A DNA stretch of 64,000 bases from an uncultured Spirochaetota bacterium (GCA_963845535.1 CAWJSK010000001.1:128001-192000), one strand, 5' to 3'; shown: positions 47,247 through 58,100, numbered from the stretch's first letter. Notes: generated by a model from the sequence alone, not told the origin. Numbers and translations are program-made.

Positions 47247-47458
47247 GGCATGCATGATGGCGCGGGCGGCCGCCGGCGCGGCGCGCTCCTGACGCACGGC
47301 GCGGCCGGCCCAGCGTGGCCTTTGTTTCGGACACAAACACCGCATACCTATAGAAAAACGCGTGGATTGTCCAAAAACTTGCACTTCTCGCTTTTTCTCA
47401 ATGCTCGGGTGTGGAGCGTGCGGCTCGGGGGCGGTGGGCGCGCGCGGGGTGGCGTAGC

Positions 47459-47487
47459 TTGCCGAACGCCGCTGCCGGCCGTAGTAT
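47459..47487 (+). promoter_or_regulatory. Putative sigma70 promoter of the GH4 operon
   Basis: TTGCCG-N17-TAGTAT, then a GAGGAG RBS before ATG 47504. Confidence 0.5.
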
Positions 47488-47503
47488 CGGCTGAGGAGTC
47501 GGC

Positions 47504-49258
47504 ATGCCTGCAATTCCCAATTTCGTTCTGAAGCGGTTGTACGTGAAGGGGAGCCTCGTCAACACGCCGGACGGATGCGAGATTCAGCTTCGCAATTTCG
47601 TGGGATCGGGGACTCTGACGGGGCTGCTCTCCGTTGACGTCGACGGGAAGACCTTCCCCACCGACGCTCTCTCCGTTGCGCTCCCCGACGGCGGGATCAG
47701 GTCCGGGGAGAGCGTCATCCCAACGGCGCCGCTCGTGCTGGCTTCTGGAGTTGCCGTCGCCATACGTCTTCATGGCGCGCGATTGGAGGCGGGAAACCAC
47801 GCGCTGAAGGTCCGAATCCTCACGGGAGAAATGGGACGGCTGGACATCGCTTTGTCGGATGCGGTTCGGGAGAAACCAGCGGCCGCGCAGGCGGACACTC
47901 CGCGGGCCGCCGCCGCGCAAGCCGCATCCCCCGCGGGCGCTATTTCCCGGCCGCTGAAAGTCGCCATCATCGGCGCCGGCAGCGCAGTGTTTGCCCGGCA
48001 GCTCATGGCCGACATTGTGAGCTCCCCGGGTCTCGCTTCGGGCACTTTTGCGCTGGTCGACATCGACGCGGAACGTCTTGACCTGGCGAAACGCGTTGGT
48101 GAGAAGATGGCGAGCGTCTCAGGGCGAGACTGGCGGGTGGAGGCGACCCGCGACAGGCGGGCGGCGCTCGCCGGATGTGACTACGTCATCAATTCCATCG
48201 AAGTGGCAGGGTTGCGGAACGTAAGGAATGACTACGACATCCCGCTGAGGTACGGAGTCGACCAGTGCATTGGCGACACAATCGGCCCGGGCGGCATTTT
48301 CAAAATGCTGCGCACGGGCCCGACCTGGCTTGAAATCCTCCGTGACATCGAGCGGCTGTGCCCGCGGGCAGTGGTCATGAACTACACAAACCCGATGTCC
48401 GCCCTCACGCTGCTCGCCTTGCGCGCAACGCCCCTGAAGGTGGTGGGGCTCTGTCATTCAGTGCAGGGCACCTCCCAACAGCTTGCTGATTACCTCGACC
48501 TCCCCTGGTGTGAGCTGCGCTTTCGCTGCGCGGGAATCAACCACCTGGCGTGGTTCACCGAGCTCACGCATGAAGGACGGGACATGTACCCACGGCTTCG
48601 GGAGCGTATGGCCGACCCGGAGGTCTATGACGCCGACCCTGTCCGCTTCGAGATGATGAAGCATTTCGGCGCGTTCTGCACCGAATCCAGCGGCCACATG
48701 TCCGAGTACCTTCCTTATTTCAGAAAGAGGCCGGCGCTCATCGAGAGGTACACGCGGGGCGGGTATCGCGGTGAAAGCGGCTTTTACGCGAACAACTGGC
48801 CCGCGTGGCGGGCCGCTGGTGACGACTCCATCAGGGAGCTCCTGGACGGCAGGTCTCCTCTTTCCCTTCAGCGCAGCGAAGAGTACGCCTCCACGATCAT
48901 AGAGGCGGTCGAATGCGGCCGGCCCGCCGTGATCCACGGCAATGTGCTGAACGCGGGCCTTATCGACAACCTTCCCGGGGACGGCTGTGTGGAGGTGCCC
49001 GTGCTCGCGGACAGCTCCGGGCTGAGCCCCGTCCACTTCGGACCCCTTCCGGCGCAGCTTGCGGCGCTCGACCGGGCGCATATGGCGGTGCACGGGCTCA
49101 TGGTGGATGCCGTGCTGGGCCGTGATCTGGATGCCGCGCGCATGGCGCTGCTCCTGGATCCGCTCACGGCAGCGGTGTGCAGTCCGGAGGAAATCACGGC
49201 AATGTTCGAGGAGATGGTCCGCGCAGAACGCGCGGATCTTGGATACTTTGGCGTGTGA
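47504..49258 (+). CDS. Family 4 glycoside hydrolase (alpha-galactosidase/glucosidase type) with an extra ~120-aa N-terminal domain
   Basis: KVAIIGAGSAVF, DIPLRYGVDQCIGDTIGPGG, NYTNPM, GLCHSVQ, AGINH, TESSGH. Ala-rich linker at aa ~125-150. Confidence 0.92.
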   Translation: MPAIPNFVLKRLYVKGSLVNTPDGCEIQLRNFVGSGTLTGLLSVDVDGKTFPTDALSVALPDGGIRSGESVIPTAPLVLASGVAVAIRLHGARLEAGNHALKVRILTGEMGRLDIALSDAVREKPAAAQADTPRAAAAQAASPAGAISRPLKVAIIGAGSAVFARQLMADIVSSPGLASGTFALVDIDAERLDLAKRVGEKMASVSGRDWRVEATRDRRAALAGCDYVINSIEVAGLRNVRNDYDIPLRYGVDQCIGDTIGPGGIFKMLRTGPTWLEILRDIERLCPRAVVMNYTNPMSALTLLALRATPLKVVGLCHSVQGTSQQLADYLDLPWCELRFRCAGINHLAWFTELTHEGRDMYPRLRERMADPEVYDADPVRFEMMKHFGAFCTESSGHMSEYLPYFRKRPALIERYTRGGYRGESGFYANNWPAWRAAGDDSIRELLDGRSPLSLQRSEEYASTIIEAVECGRPAVIHGNVLNAGLIDNLPGDGCVEVPVLADSSGLSPVHFGPLPAQLAALDRAHMAVHGLMVDAVLGRDLDAARMALLLDPLTAAVCSPEEITAMFEEMVRAERADLGYFGV

Positions 49259-49269
49259 GGTGGCACGAA

Positions 49270-49764
49270 ATGAAGGATGGAATCCTGGGGTCCCGTTCTG
49301 TTGTCCAAATCGGGCTGCTCGTAAGCGACATCGAGTCGGCCGCGCAGGCCTACGCGGACTTTCTGGGAGTGGAGAAACCCTCCATCACCCTCACCGACGA
49401 GTATGAGAAAGCGCGGGTCAGGTTCAAAGGGAAGCCCACGAAGGCGCGGGCGCGGCTCGCATTTTTCGACGTCGGGCCATCGCTGCAACTTGAGCTGATC
49501 CAGCCGGACGGCGAACCGAGCACATGGCGGGAGGACCTCAGTCGAAAAGGGGAGGGGTTCCATCACATCGCTTTTCGGATCAAGGGCATGGGAGGAAAAA
49601 TCGAAGCCCTTGGAAAGATGGGCCTGCCGCTGGTGCAGACAGGTGAGTACACGGGGGGCCGCTACGCCTACCTGGATGGGTCCAAGGATCTCAAGCTCAC
49701 GATCGAGCTGCTCGAAGATGATTGCGTTGCACGATTGCCAGCCGGTGGTGAAGAATTGGTTTGA
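49270..49764 (+). CDS. VOC (glyoxalase/epimerase) family protein
   Basis: QIGLLVSDIE, LAFF, LELIQP, GEGFHHIAF, IELLE. Confidence 0.88.
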   Translation: MKDGILGSRSVVQIGLLVSDIESAAQAYADFLGVEKPSITLTDEYEKARVRFKGKPTKARARLAFFDVGPSLQLELIQPDGEPSTWREDLSRKGEGFHHIAFRIKGMGGKIEALGKMGLPLVQTGEYTGGRYAYLDGSKDLKLTIELLEDDCVARLPAGGEELV

Positions 49765-49787
49765 CTGAAAGAAGGAAAGGGGCGCAA

Positions 49788-50777
49788 ATGCGGACCATTG
49801 CAATCGAAGAACATTTCTCAACCCCGATTCCACGCTCTGCCGCCCCGGATACGACCTCGGGCGGAACGACGGACCAGTACATGGTGGAGGTGGGCAGAAA
49901 GCTCGCCGACGTGGGAGAAGGCAGGCTCGCCGACATGAATGCCGCAGGGATCGATGTCCAGGTGTTGTCATTGTCTGCCGTCGAAGGGCCCGGGAGAGCG
50001 GAGTCCGGCTCCGCCACCGCGCGGGCGCGTGATGCCAACGACTTCCTTGCGGATACGGTGAGCCGCCACCCGGCGCGTTACGCCGGATTCGCGACCCTCG
50101 CCCTCGAAGATCCTGAAAGCGCCGCCGCCGAGCTGCAGCGCTGTGTCGGGAAGCTTGGTTTTGTCGGCGCCATGCTCGACGGGACTTTTGACGGTCAATT
50201 CCTCGACAACCAGCGATTCCAGCCGGTGCTTGCCGAGGCCGAAAGGCTTGGCGTCCCTCTGTATCTTCACCCGGCCCCGCCACCGGCCGCGGTTTATGAC
50301 GCCTACTACAGCGGCCTGCCTGATGCCGTTGCGTATTCCCTGTCCATCGCCGGCTGGGGATGGCACGCCGAAATGGGTCTCCACAGCCTCAGGCTGGTTG
50401 TGGCGGGAGTGTTCGACCGTTTCCCGAAGCTGCAGGTCATCATCGGACATATGGGAGAGTTCATTCCGTATTGCCTTGCCCGGTCCGACCTTCTCCTGAG
50501 CCGCGCGGCTTCCCACCTTCAGCGTCGCGTGAGCGACTATTTTCGGACGAACTTCCATCTCACGACGAGCGGATATTTCACCATCCCGCCCCTGCTGTGC
50601 GCGCTCATGGTTTTCGGCCCCGAGCGCATCCTGTTTGCGGTCGATTATCCCTACAGCCCGAATGCATCCGGCAGGCTCTTCCTCAATACCGCGCCGATAA
50701 GCCCGTCGGCTCTGGAGATGATTTCTCACGGGAACGCGGAGCGTCTCTTGAAGCTTCCAGGGCCGCCCGGAAAGTGA
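49788..50777 (+). CDS. Amidohydrolase_2 family (ACMSD/aromatic acid decarboxylase-like)
   Basis: IAIEEHF, RLADMNAAGIDVQVLS, LYLHP, IGHMGE, FAVDYP, GNAERLL. Confidence 0.9.
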   Translation: MRTIAIEEHFSTPIPRSAAPDTTSGGTTDQYMVEVGRKLADVGEGRLADMNAAGIDVQVLSLSAVEGPGRAESGSATARARDANDFLADTVSRHPARYAGFATLALEDPESAAAELQRCVGKLGFVGAMLDGTFDGQFLDNQRFQPVLAEAERLGVPLYLHPAPPPAAVYDAYYSGLPDAVAYSLSIAGWGWHAEMGLHSLRLVVAGVFDRFPKLQVIIGHMGEFIPYCLARSDLLLSRAASHLQRRVSDYFRTNFHLTTSGYFTIPPLLCALMVFGPERILFAVDYPYSPNASGRLFLNTAPISPSALEMISHGNAERLLKLPGPPGK

Positions 50778-50817
50778 CGGCCTGCCTCTGGTGCCGTCTG
50801 TCACAGACGTGGCCGGC

Positions 50818-50920
50818 TCAGGGGGCTATTTCGCGGATGCGGTTGTTGCTCGAATCTCCGATGTAAACGAAGCCGGTAGAGTCGACCCCAATGCCATGCT
50901 GCCGGGTCATGCTGCCGGGA
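50818..50920 (-). pseudogene. 3' remnant of an NHL-repeat protein
   Basis: HGIGVDSTGFVYIGDSSNNRIREIAP* matches the NHL consensus. No credible upstream gene, because the frame runs into the MATE gene. Confidence 0.55.
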
Positions 50921-51003
50921 GCCAGCACAGTCGCGGCCTGGTTTAGGGCATATGTGTTTCCATCAAAGGAGGACTGGACGTCAACGCGCCAGGTCCCTAC
51001 CTT

Positions 51004-52389
51004 ATGCCCATCACGCCCATGATGACCGATGACAGAACCCAGATCTCTCTTTTGCGGCTCGCGTGGCCCATCTTCGTGGAGAACCTGCTGCGCACGTCGC
51101 TCATGAGCGTGGACACCTTCATGCTGAGCCGCTACTCGGAAAGCGCGGTTGCAGCAATGAGTATTGTCAACAATTTGGCTTTCTTCATCCAACTCTTGTA
51201 CCTAATGGCTTCCATTGGCGCAAGCATCCTGATTTCCCAGAACCTTGGCGCAGGCAACAGGCGCCAGGCCGGCCTCCTGGGCGTGGGGAGCATGTCACTG
51301 ATTGTCGCCGTGTCCGTCGCCGTGTCGGCGGCCGTTGCGCTCCTGGCGGGGCCGGTGCTCGATCTCTACCACCTGGATCCGGATGTAGCCTTGTACGGCA
51401 GGCAGTTTCTCGTAATCTACGGTGGGCTCTCTTTTTTCATGGCGTTCAACATCGGCCAGGCGAGCATCCTGCGCGCCTGGGGACACCCCGGAGATCCCAT
51501 GATCGTGAACGTCATCGCCCTTGTCCTCACCGTGGCGGGGGACGCGCTGTGCCTGTTCGGCCTGTTTGGGTTCCCCGTTCTTGGCGTTATCGGGGTGGCC
51601 TCGTCCACCGTGGCGAGCCAGGTCGTGGCCTGCATTCTGTATGCGTTCATCATCCGCAGTCGGACGGAGATCGAGCTGCCGCTCTCCCGCATGACGCGCA
51701 TACCGGCATCGATCTACAAGTCCGTTCTGGCAGTCGGCGTGCCGACGGCAGGGGAGAATATATCCTACAATGTCTCCCAGATCGTGATAATGTCGATCGT
51801 GGCCCGCATGGGCACGGACGCGTTGGCGACGTTCGGGATCTTGATAGCCATCCTGCGTTACGTTTTCATGCCTGGGATCTCCATCGGTACGGCGGGGCAG
51901 ATCAAGGTCGGGTATTTCGTCGGCGTGGGGAGACAGGCGCTGGCGGAGGGGCGAGTGTACATCTACTTCATTATCGGATTCCTGACCTCGCTCGTCACCA
52001 TCCTCATCATCAACTTTTTCAAATGGCCCCTGCTCGGCCTTTTCTCATCCAATCCGAAGCTTGTCGGCCTCGCCGCCACCGTTCTCCTCGTTTCGATCAT
52101 TCACGAGCCGGGCAGGAACTTCAATACGATCATCAATCCCGCCCTGAAAGGGGCCGGAGATATCTATTTCCCGGTGCTCGTGGGGCTTGTGGGCATGTGG
52201 TGCTTCGGGACCTTCGGGGCCTGGCTCCTGGGCGTGCGCCTGGGGCTGGGCTTGATCGGGGTGTGGATCGCCATGGCATCCGACGAGTGGACGCGAGGGA
52301 TCGTCAATCTCATTCGGTGGCGCTCGGGCGCCTGGAAAGACAAGGCGTTTGTCCAGGCGCCCGAACCAACGGTGGCCGCCGGGTTCTGA
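51004..52389 (+). CDS. MATE family efflux transporter
   Basis: LAWPIFVENLL...VDTFML, ISQNLGA, LKGAGD, LGLIGVWIAMASDEW.R...RWRSG.W. About 12 TMs. Start uncertain (51004-51024). Confidence 0.93.
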   Translation: MPITPMMTDDRTQISLLRLAWPIFVENLLRTSLMSVDTFMLSRYSESAVAAMSIVNNLAFFIQLLYLMASIGASILISQNLGAGNRRQAGLLGVGSMSLIVAVSVAVSAAVALLAGPVLDLYHLDPDVALYGRQFLVIYGGLSFFMAFNIGQASILRAWGHPGDPMIVNVIALVLTVAGDALCLFGLFGFPVLGVIGVASSTVASQVVACILYAFIIRSRTEIELPLSRMTRIPASIYKSVLAVGVPTAGENISYNVSQIVIMSIVARMGTDALATFGILIAILRYVFMPGISIGTAGQIKVGYFVGVGRQALAEGRVYIYFIIGFLTSLVTILIINFFKWPLLGLFSSNPKLVGLAATVLLVSIIHEPGRNFNTIINPALKGAGDIYFPVLVGLVGMWCFGTFGAWLLGVRLGLGLIGVWIAMASDEWTRGIVNLIRWRSGAWKDKAFVQAPEPTVAAGF

Positions 52390-52549
52390 TTCTCAGGAGC
52401 CTATTGCAGGATGGACCAAGCCGCCGGAGCGAGGTCGATGACTACGATGGCGGAGGTATCCAGCAGGGCGTCCACCTGCGGCGCGATCACCTTTTTCCAG
52501 TGGTTCTATCATGCGCTTGCCCTGCCACGCAAGGAATCGCACAAAATGC

Positions 52550-52591
52550 TTGATTTGACAGCTCTGCCATGATATAAATACGATAATCGTA
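52550..52591 (+). promoter_or_regulatory. AT-rich promoter region of ald with a 13-bp palindrome
   Basis: TTGACA at 52555-52560, TATAAA and TACGAT as -10 candidates, and TACGAT-A-ATCGTA at 52579-52591. Confidence 0.5.
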
Positions 52592-52633
52592 GTAATCAGT
52601 CGCTTATTCTACATTTTTCGTAGGAGGTGGCCA

Positions 52634-53747
52634 ATGAAGGTGGGCTGCGTCAAGGAAATCAAGAGACATGAGTATCGGGTGGGCATGACGCCTCATTGCG
52701 TGCAGGCGTACGTCTCCCACGGGCACCAGGTCGTGATCCAGGCAGGGGCCGGCACGGATGCTGGATTTGAGGATTCCGAGTACAAGGCTGCGGGGGCGCG
52801 GATTGAGGCGGACCGGAAAAAGATCTTTGCTGACAGCGACATGATAATCAAGGTCAAGGAGCCGCAGCCGGAGGAATACCCGCTCCTCCACGAGGGCCAG
52901 GTGCTCTTTACGTACCTCCATCTGGCGGCGGACGAGCAGCAGACACGCGCGCTCCTGGGGCGCAAAATAAAGGGCGTTGCGTATGAGACCATCCAGATGA
53001 AGGACGGCACTCTTCCATGCTTGAAACCAATGAGTGAAATCGCGGGGCGCTTGAGCGTGCAGGAAGGCGCCAAGTACCTCGAGAAGCCGTTCGGCGGACG
53101 TGGCGTCCTCCTGGGCGGCGTCCCGGGCGTGGCAAGGGGCCGGGTAGGCATTCTTGGCGGCGGCGTGGTGGGCCTGAACGCGGCGAAGATCGCCGTCGGT
53201 ATTGGAGCAGAGGTCACGGTGCTCGACGTGAATCCCAACAGGCTTGCCTATCTTGACGATATCTTCCGCGGCGAGATGTCGACGTTGTACGCCACGGAGA
53301 AGAACATCGAGACCGTGGTCGCGGAGAGTGACCTGATCATTGGCGCAGTGCTGATCCCCGGCACCCAGGCGCCAAGGCTCATCAAGCGCGCGCACCTGAA
53401 GATGATGAAAAAACGCTCCGTGATTGTCGACGTGGCGGTGGACCAGGGCGGCTGCGTGGAAACCACGAGACCTACGACGCATGATGACCCGGTGTTCGAG
53501 GTGGACGGAGTGGTGCATTACTGCGTGGCAAACATGCCCGGCGCCGTCGCGCTCACCAGCACGCTCGCCCTGACGAGCAGCACGCTCTCCTATGGTCTGG
53601 CCATTGCCGACAAGGGAGTGGAGGAGGCGTGCCGCGACGAACCCGGACCTGATGCACGGCCTCAACGTGTACGAAGGCAAATGCACGTTCGACGGTGTGG
53701 CGAAGGCGTTCGACCTTGCCTACACTTCCCCCAGCGCGATACTGTAA
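52634..53747 (+). CDS. ald: Alanine dehydrogenase (frameshift ~53640)
   Basis: KEIKRHEYRVG, KVKEP, FTYLHLA, PMSEIAGR, GGGVVG, DVAVDQGGC, HYCVANMPGAV. Removing one base restores PDLMHGLNVYEGKCTFDGVAKAF...* (TAA 53745-53747). Confidence 0.93.
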
Positions 53748-53753
53748 GGGTTC

Positions 53754-54188
53754 ATGCAGCCAGATGACACCGACTGGAAGATCATCTCGATCCTGAAGCG
53801 GGGGGATGTCCCGAACAACACAATCGCCCGCAAGCTCGGAGTCTCGGAAGGAACCGTGAGGGCCCGCCTCAAGCGTCTGAAAGAGGCGGGCATCCTCCAG
53901 GTGCGGGCGCTCATCAACCCCGACGTCCTTGCAAACAAGCAACTGGTGATCGTGGCGGTCCGTGTGGCGGAGTCCAAGCTTTTGGAGCGAAAAGCCGAGG
54001 AGCTTGCCGGGCTGGAAAACGTCCTCTCCGTCTCCATTGCCTCCGGACGCTACGACCTCATTGCGGAAGTGCTGCTGGATTCCAACCGCGGTCTTGTTCG
54101 CTTTCTGACGGAGGAGCTCTCCAGCATCGAAGGGATCCTTGCCTCGGAAAGCTTCATCATGTTGAAAAACTACAACAAGTTCGTGTGA
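53754..54188 (+). CDS. Lrp/AsnC-family transcriptional regulator
   Basis: DDTDWKII..L, IARKLGVSEGTVRARLKRLKEAGIL, SGRYDL. Confidence 0.92.
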   Translation: MQPDDTDWKIISILKRGDVPNNTIARKLGVSEGTVRARLKRLKEAGILQVRALINPDVLANKQLVIVAVRVAESKLLERKAEELAGLENVLSVSIASGRYDLIAEVLLDSNRGLVRFLTEELSSIEGILASESFIMLKNYNKFV

Positions 54189-54203
54189 AGGGGGAAAGCG
54201 TCG

Positions 54204-55059
54204 ATGGGCAAAAAAAAGAGCATCCATGATTTCCTGCAGATGAAGAAAGGAAGGGAAGAAGATCGTCTTCCTTACCTCCTATGATTTCCCGACGGCCCAG
54301 TTCGCGGAGGCCGCCGGGTTGGACATGCTCTTGGTGGGAGACTCCCTGGGCATGTGCGTCTACGGCTACGAGGGGACCGTCCCCGTGGTCATGGACCAGA
54401 TGATCTTCCACGCGGAGGCGGTCCGGCGCGGGGCGCCGAACACGTTCGTGATCGGCGACATGCCCTTCATGAGCTACCAGAGCAGCATTGAGAAGGCCGT
54501 GGAGAATGCGGGCAGGTTCCTGAAGGAAGCCGGCTGTGATGCCATCAAGCTCGAAGGCGGGAAAAGGGTCGCGCGCGTGATCCAGGCGATTGTGGATGCC
54601 GGGATCGTCGTGATGGGGCACGTGGGGCTTACGCCGCAAAGCTCGGGCCAGCTCGGCGGACACAAGGCCCAGGGAAGGACGGCTGAGCAGGCAAAGCTGG
54701 TGGTGGAAGATGCCCTGGCGGTGCAGGAGGCGGGCGCGCACATGATACTCCTGGAGGCAATCCCGCCCGAGGTGGGGCAGTACATCGCAAAGACGCTCCG
54801 CATCCCGGTCCTGTCCATTGGAGCGGGTCCGGGCGCGGACGGCCAGCTCCTCATCGTTTCCGACCTGATCGGGCAGTTTCAGGCGTTCACCCCGAAGTTC
54901 GTCCGCAAGTACTGCAACGTTGCCGAGGTGGTGACAACGGCCATGAAGGCGTATTGCGCCGACGTGCGGGAAGCTTCATTCCCCGCGGAAGAGCACTGCT
55001 ACAGGATGCTGGAGGGCGAGGAGGAGAAGTTCGTCGCCCTCATGAAGCCAAAAAAGTAG
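54204..55059 (+). CDS. panB: 3-methyl-2-oxobutanoate hydroxymethyltransferase (frameshift ~54247)
   Basis: LTSYDFPTA, LLVGDSLGM, GDMPFMSY, IKLEGG, GHVGLTPQ, IGAG. The N-terminus MGKKKSIHDFLQMKK joins KIVFLTSYD on removing one A. Confidence 0.93.
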
Positions 55060-55124
55060 CGCGGCGATCGGCAAGTCGCCGCCGCGGTCGGCGCGCAACC
55101 GCCGCGCGGTTGGCTTCGCGGTCC

Positions 55125-58100
55125 CTACTGCGTCCAATCCGTCCCGAAAAGCTCGGCAGCTTTGTCCGCGCGCGCCGCGCGGCCCTGTCCGGGGGCTGCC
55201 GCCGCGGCGCCGAACAGCGGATACCGGGCGGCAAGCCCCGGATCCACCTTGCTCATCCGCTGGTAAGCTTTTTTCGCATCAACCTGGTTGCCCGCCTGGA
55301 AGTAGGAATACGCGAGCGCGATCAGCACCCGCGTATTCTCCGGCTGGAGCTTCTGAGCGCGCTTGAGGTACTCCTGGGCTTTCGCATAATCCTTCTTGAG
55401 CCCGCAGACGTTGGCCGCGTTGATCATTGCGGGAACGTACTTGCTTGCCACGATGGCTTTTTCAAAATGCTCCAGAGCCTTGGAGAGCAGGCCGAACTGG
55501 GCATACAGAATGCCCAGCTGGTTCTCCTGCGCCGCAGAGGGGCTCTTGGCCAGCGCGGCCAGCAGATCAGCCTCCCTCGGGGCCAGCACCGCGGCGCGGA
55601 AAGCATCGATCTCCCCATTCAGCAGCGCAAGCATCTGGTCGCGCGCCGGAGGCACCGTCGAAGGGACTCCGAAGAAGCCTGCCGGGAGATAGAGCTGCCA
55701 CGCTTCCTTCGACGTGAAGAACCCCGCCGTGCCGCGCTCGCTCGCTTCCCGCCACTCCACGGCCGCTGTCTGCCACGCCTTCGTGAAGCCTTCGTCCACC
55801 ATGGTTGTTTCCACCGGCATCCATACGACTCCGGCGCGGACAATGAGGTCCTCTGACTTCGCGAACGTCTTGGAGGCAAGCTCGGGCGTCATGCCGAGGT
55901 TGAAAGCCGCGAAGATGTGGCCCGGGGTCGTGATGTAGGCGGTGTCGACTCCTACTGACTCCAGCAGGCTGTTGTAGAGGACCGAGAGATCGTCACACTG
56001 GCCTGATTTGGCGTCGAGAGTCTCGGTGGGGAACCTCAGAAAATCGATGGCGGTGGAGTCGCGGGACAACGATTCGTAGGGAGTGGCCGGATCCACGACA
56101 TAGCGCACCCCGGTTGCTTTCATGCCCTCGAACATGCGGACCGCTGAAAACAGATTGCGGGTGAGCACGTTCGTGGCAAGGTCGTCCCCCATCCCCATGA
56201 CCTGTCCGCTCCAGCGCAGCAGCGCGGGGTCATCCGTGGACATGAAGGCGCCCACCTTCAGGTCATTCGTCCAGCGCATTGCGTTGCGGTTCAAAAGGCC
56301 GATGGGTCGCCGGATGGTGTCCGCGTACGGCTTGCCCCCCACGGTGTACTGGATGGACAGCTCAGCGGAGACCGAGCCGCCCTGGTTCCTGTCCAGGACG
56401 GAAGGGTCGAACACCGCGCGGATGCTCACATCCACGCTCTGTCCCACCCCAAGCGCCGCGGGCGCGGCGGCGTCCGTGGGCGCCTTCATGAGGCCGGGCA
56501 CATTCAGCCGCACGGAGAGGTCCGTGATCGTGTTTGCCCCGGTGTTCTGCAGGGTCAGAGTCCCCAGGGAATGGTCGGCGTAGTAATGGAACAAGGCGGG
56601 GAACACGCCGTCGATGCTCAGGTTGCGCACGAGCAGGTCAGGGCCGATGGTGGTGCTTGGCACCCGCGCGCCATAGCGGTCAAGCTTCTCCCCGGTGAAC
56701 GGGTTTTCCCACAGGCCCACGGGGAACTGCTCGGTGGTATCAGGCAGCGAGACGCGGAAGTCGTCATACGTCGTGCCGTCATCCGTCTGAAGACGTGTCG
56801 CGCGAACACGAGCGGCCTGCCAGTTCTTGTACAGGTCACGGGCGGGGTCACGCTCCAGCTTCACCACGGCGTCGGTGTCCATGAAATGGATGCTGTACGT
56901 CTTGGAGTCGATGGCATAGGTCCCCTGGGTCTGCAGGGGCACGGAGACTTCGTACAACGCCCCCTTGGCCGGTGCGCGCTCAGCGCTGAAGTGCTTCTCC
57001 GTCTCCTCCTGCAGCAGGGAGGCTGCCCGCCCGCGCGCCTTGCCTCGACGCGCGGCGTACTCCTTCTCCGTCTCGAACATGTCGCGGGGAGCCGTGTCCG
57101 CGGGAGCAAGCGAAGAGAGGATCCGCGCCGAGGTTGCATCATCAAGGAAGTCCCTCTGGGCCGTGGAAAGCTTCCCGCCCAGAAGCGTGAACAGCCCGCC
57201 GAGCGGGGAAGGCCCAACGCCTGTCAAAGACCACTGGCCTACCGCGTTGGTGTCCGCGCGGCCAGCAATGGCGAGCCTGGTTCCGTCCATGGAGAACCTC
57301 ATGGCGCGCACCAGCCCGATGTGCGGGGTGAACGTTGCGGCCGCCTGCCATGATCCGTTGACAAGGCGCCATGCGCGAACGTCGCGGTAATGACCCGTCA
57401 GGAGGAGGGCCCCATCAGGGGTGAAAGCAACGCTGATGACCGCCCCAAGCTCGATGTCGGGAACTTTCTGTGCCAGGCGCAGGTCAGTCCCCGTGCGCTC
57501 GAAAACCATGAGGACGTCGGCATAGCCGGCGGCAATCCAACGGCCGTCGGGAGAAAACGCGAGCTGAGAGAACTCGTAGGAGAGGTTATTCTCCTCGTTT
57601 TCGTACTTGGATACCGCGGTCAGGTGATCCTGGTCCACGCGATACAAGACGATACGACGGGCCGTGTCATCCGTTTCGCACGTAACCACAAGGGAGCCAT
57701 CCGGTGAGAATGCCACGGAGTTGACCGAGCCTTCGTGGTCCGCCAGCTTGTCCGCGAGCGTGAAGCTTGCCCCGTCACGCCGCCAGAGGAACACTTCCTT
57801 CTCCGCCGCGCTCACCATGCGCGCGCCGTCGGGGCTCAACGCAATGCAATCAACCGTGCCGCTGTGTCCGCTCAGGACGGAAATCGGCTCACCGGTCCGC
57901 GGGTTCACGAGCGTGATGTCGTTCTCCGTCCTGTAGGCCGGATAGATCAGGAAAGACTCGTCGGGGGCGAACTGCAGCATGGGGGCGTGGCGGAAAGTGC
58001 CCGCCCAATACACGGGTTGGCGGTGGCGCCAGAGAAGCTCCCAGTTCTCATCCAGCACTCGTACCGAGTTTCCGTCCGTGCGGTCCGCTATTGCGGTGTA

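Noticed and set aside
47250..47460. AT-rich islet between GC-rich flanks as an ncRNA or small ORF
   Set aside because: No convincing structure, RBS or coding signal. It may simply be upstream regulatory DNA.
55060..55124. GC-rich hairpin (CAACCGC-cgc-GCGGTTG) between convergent panB and the WD40 gene
   Set aside because: No U-tract and no second copy seen in the window, so it cannot be called a terminator or REP.
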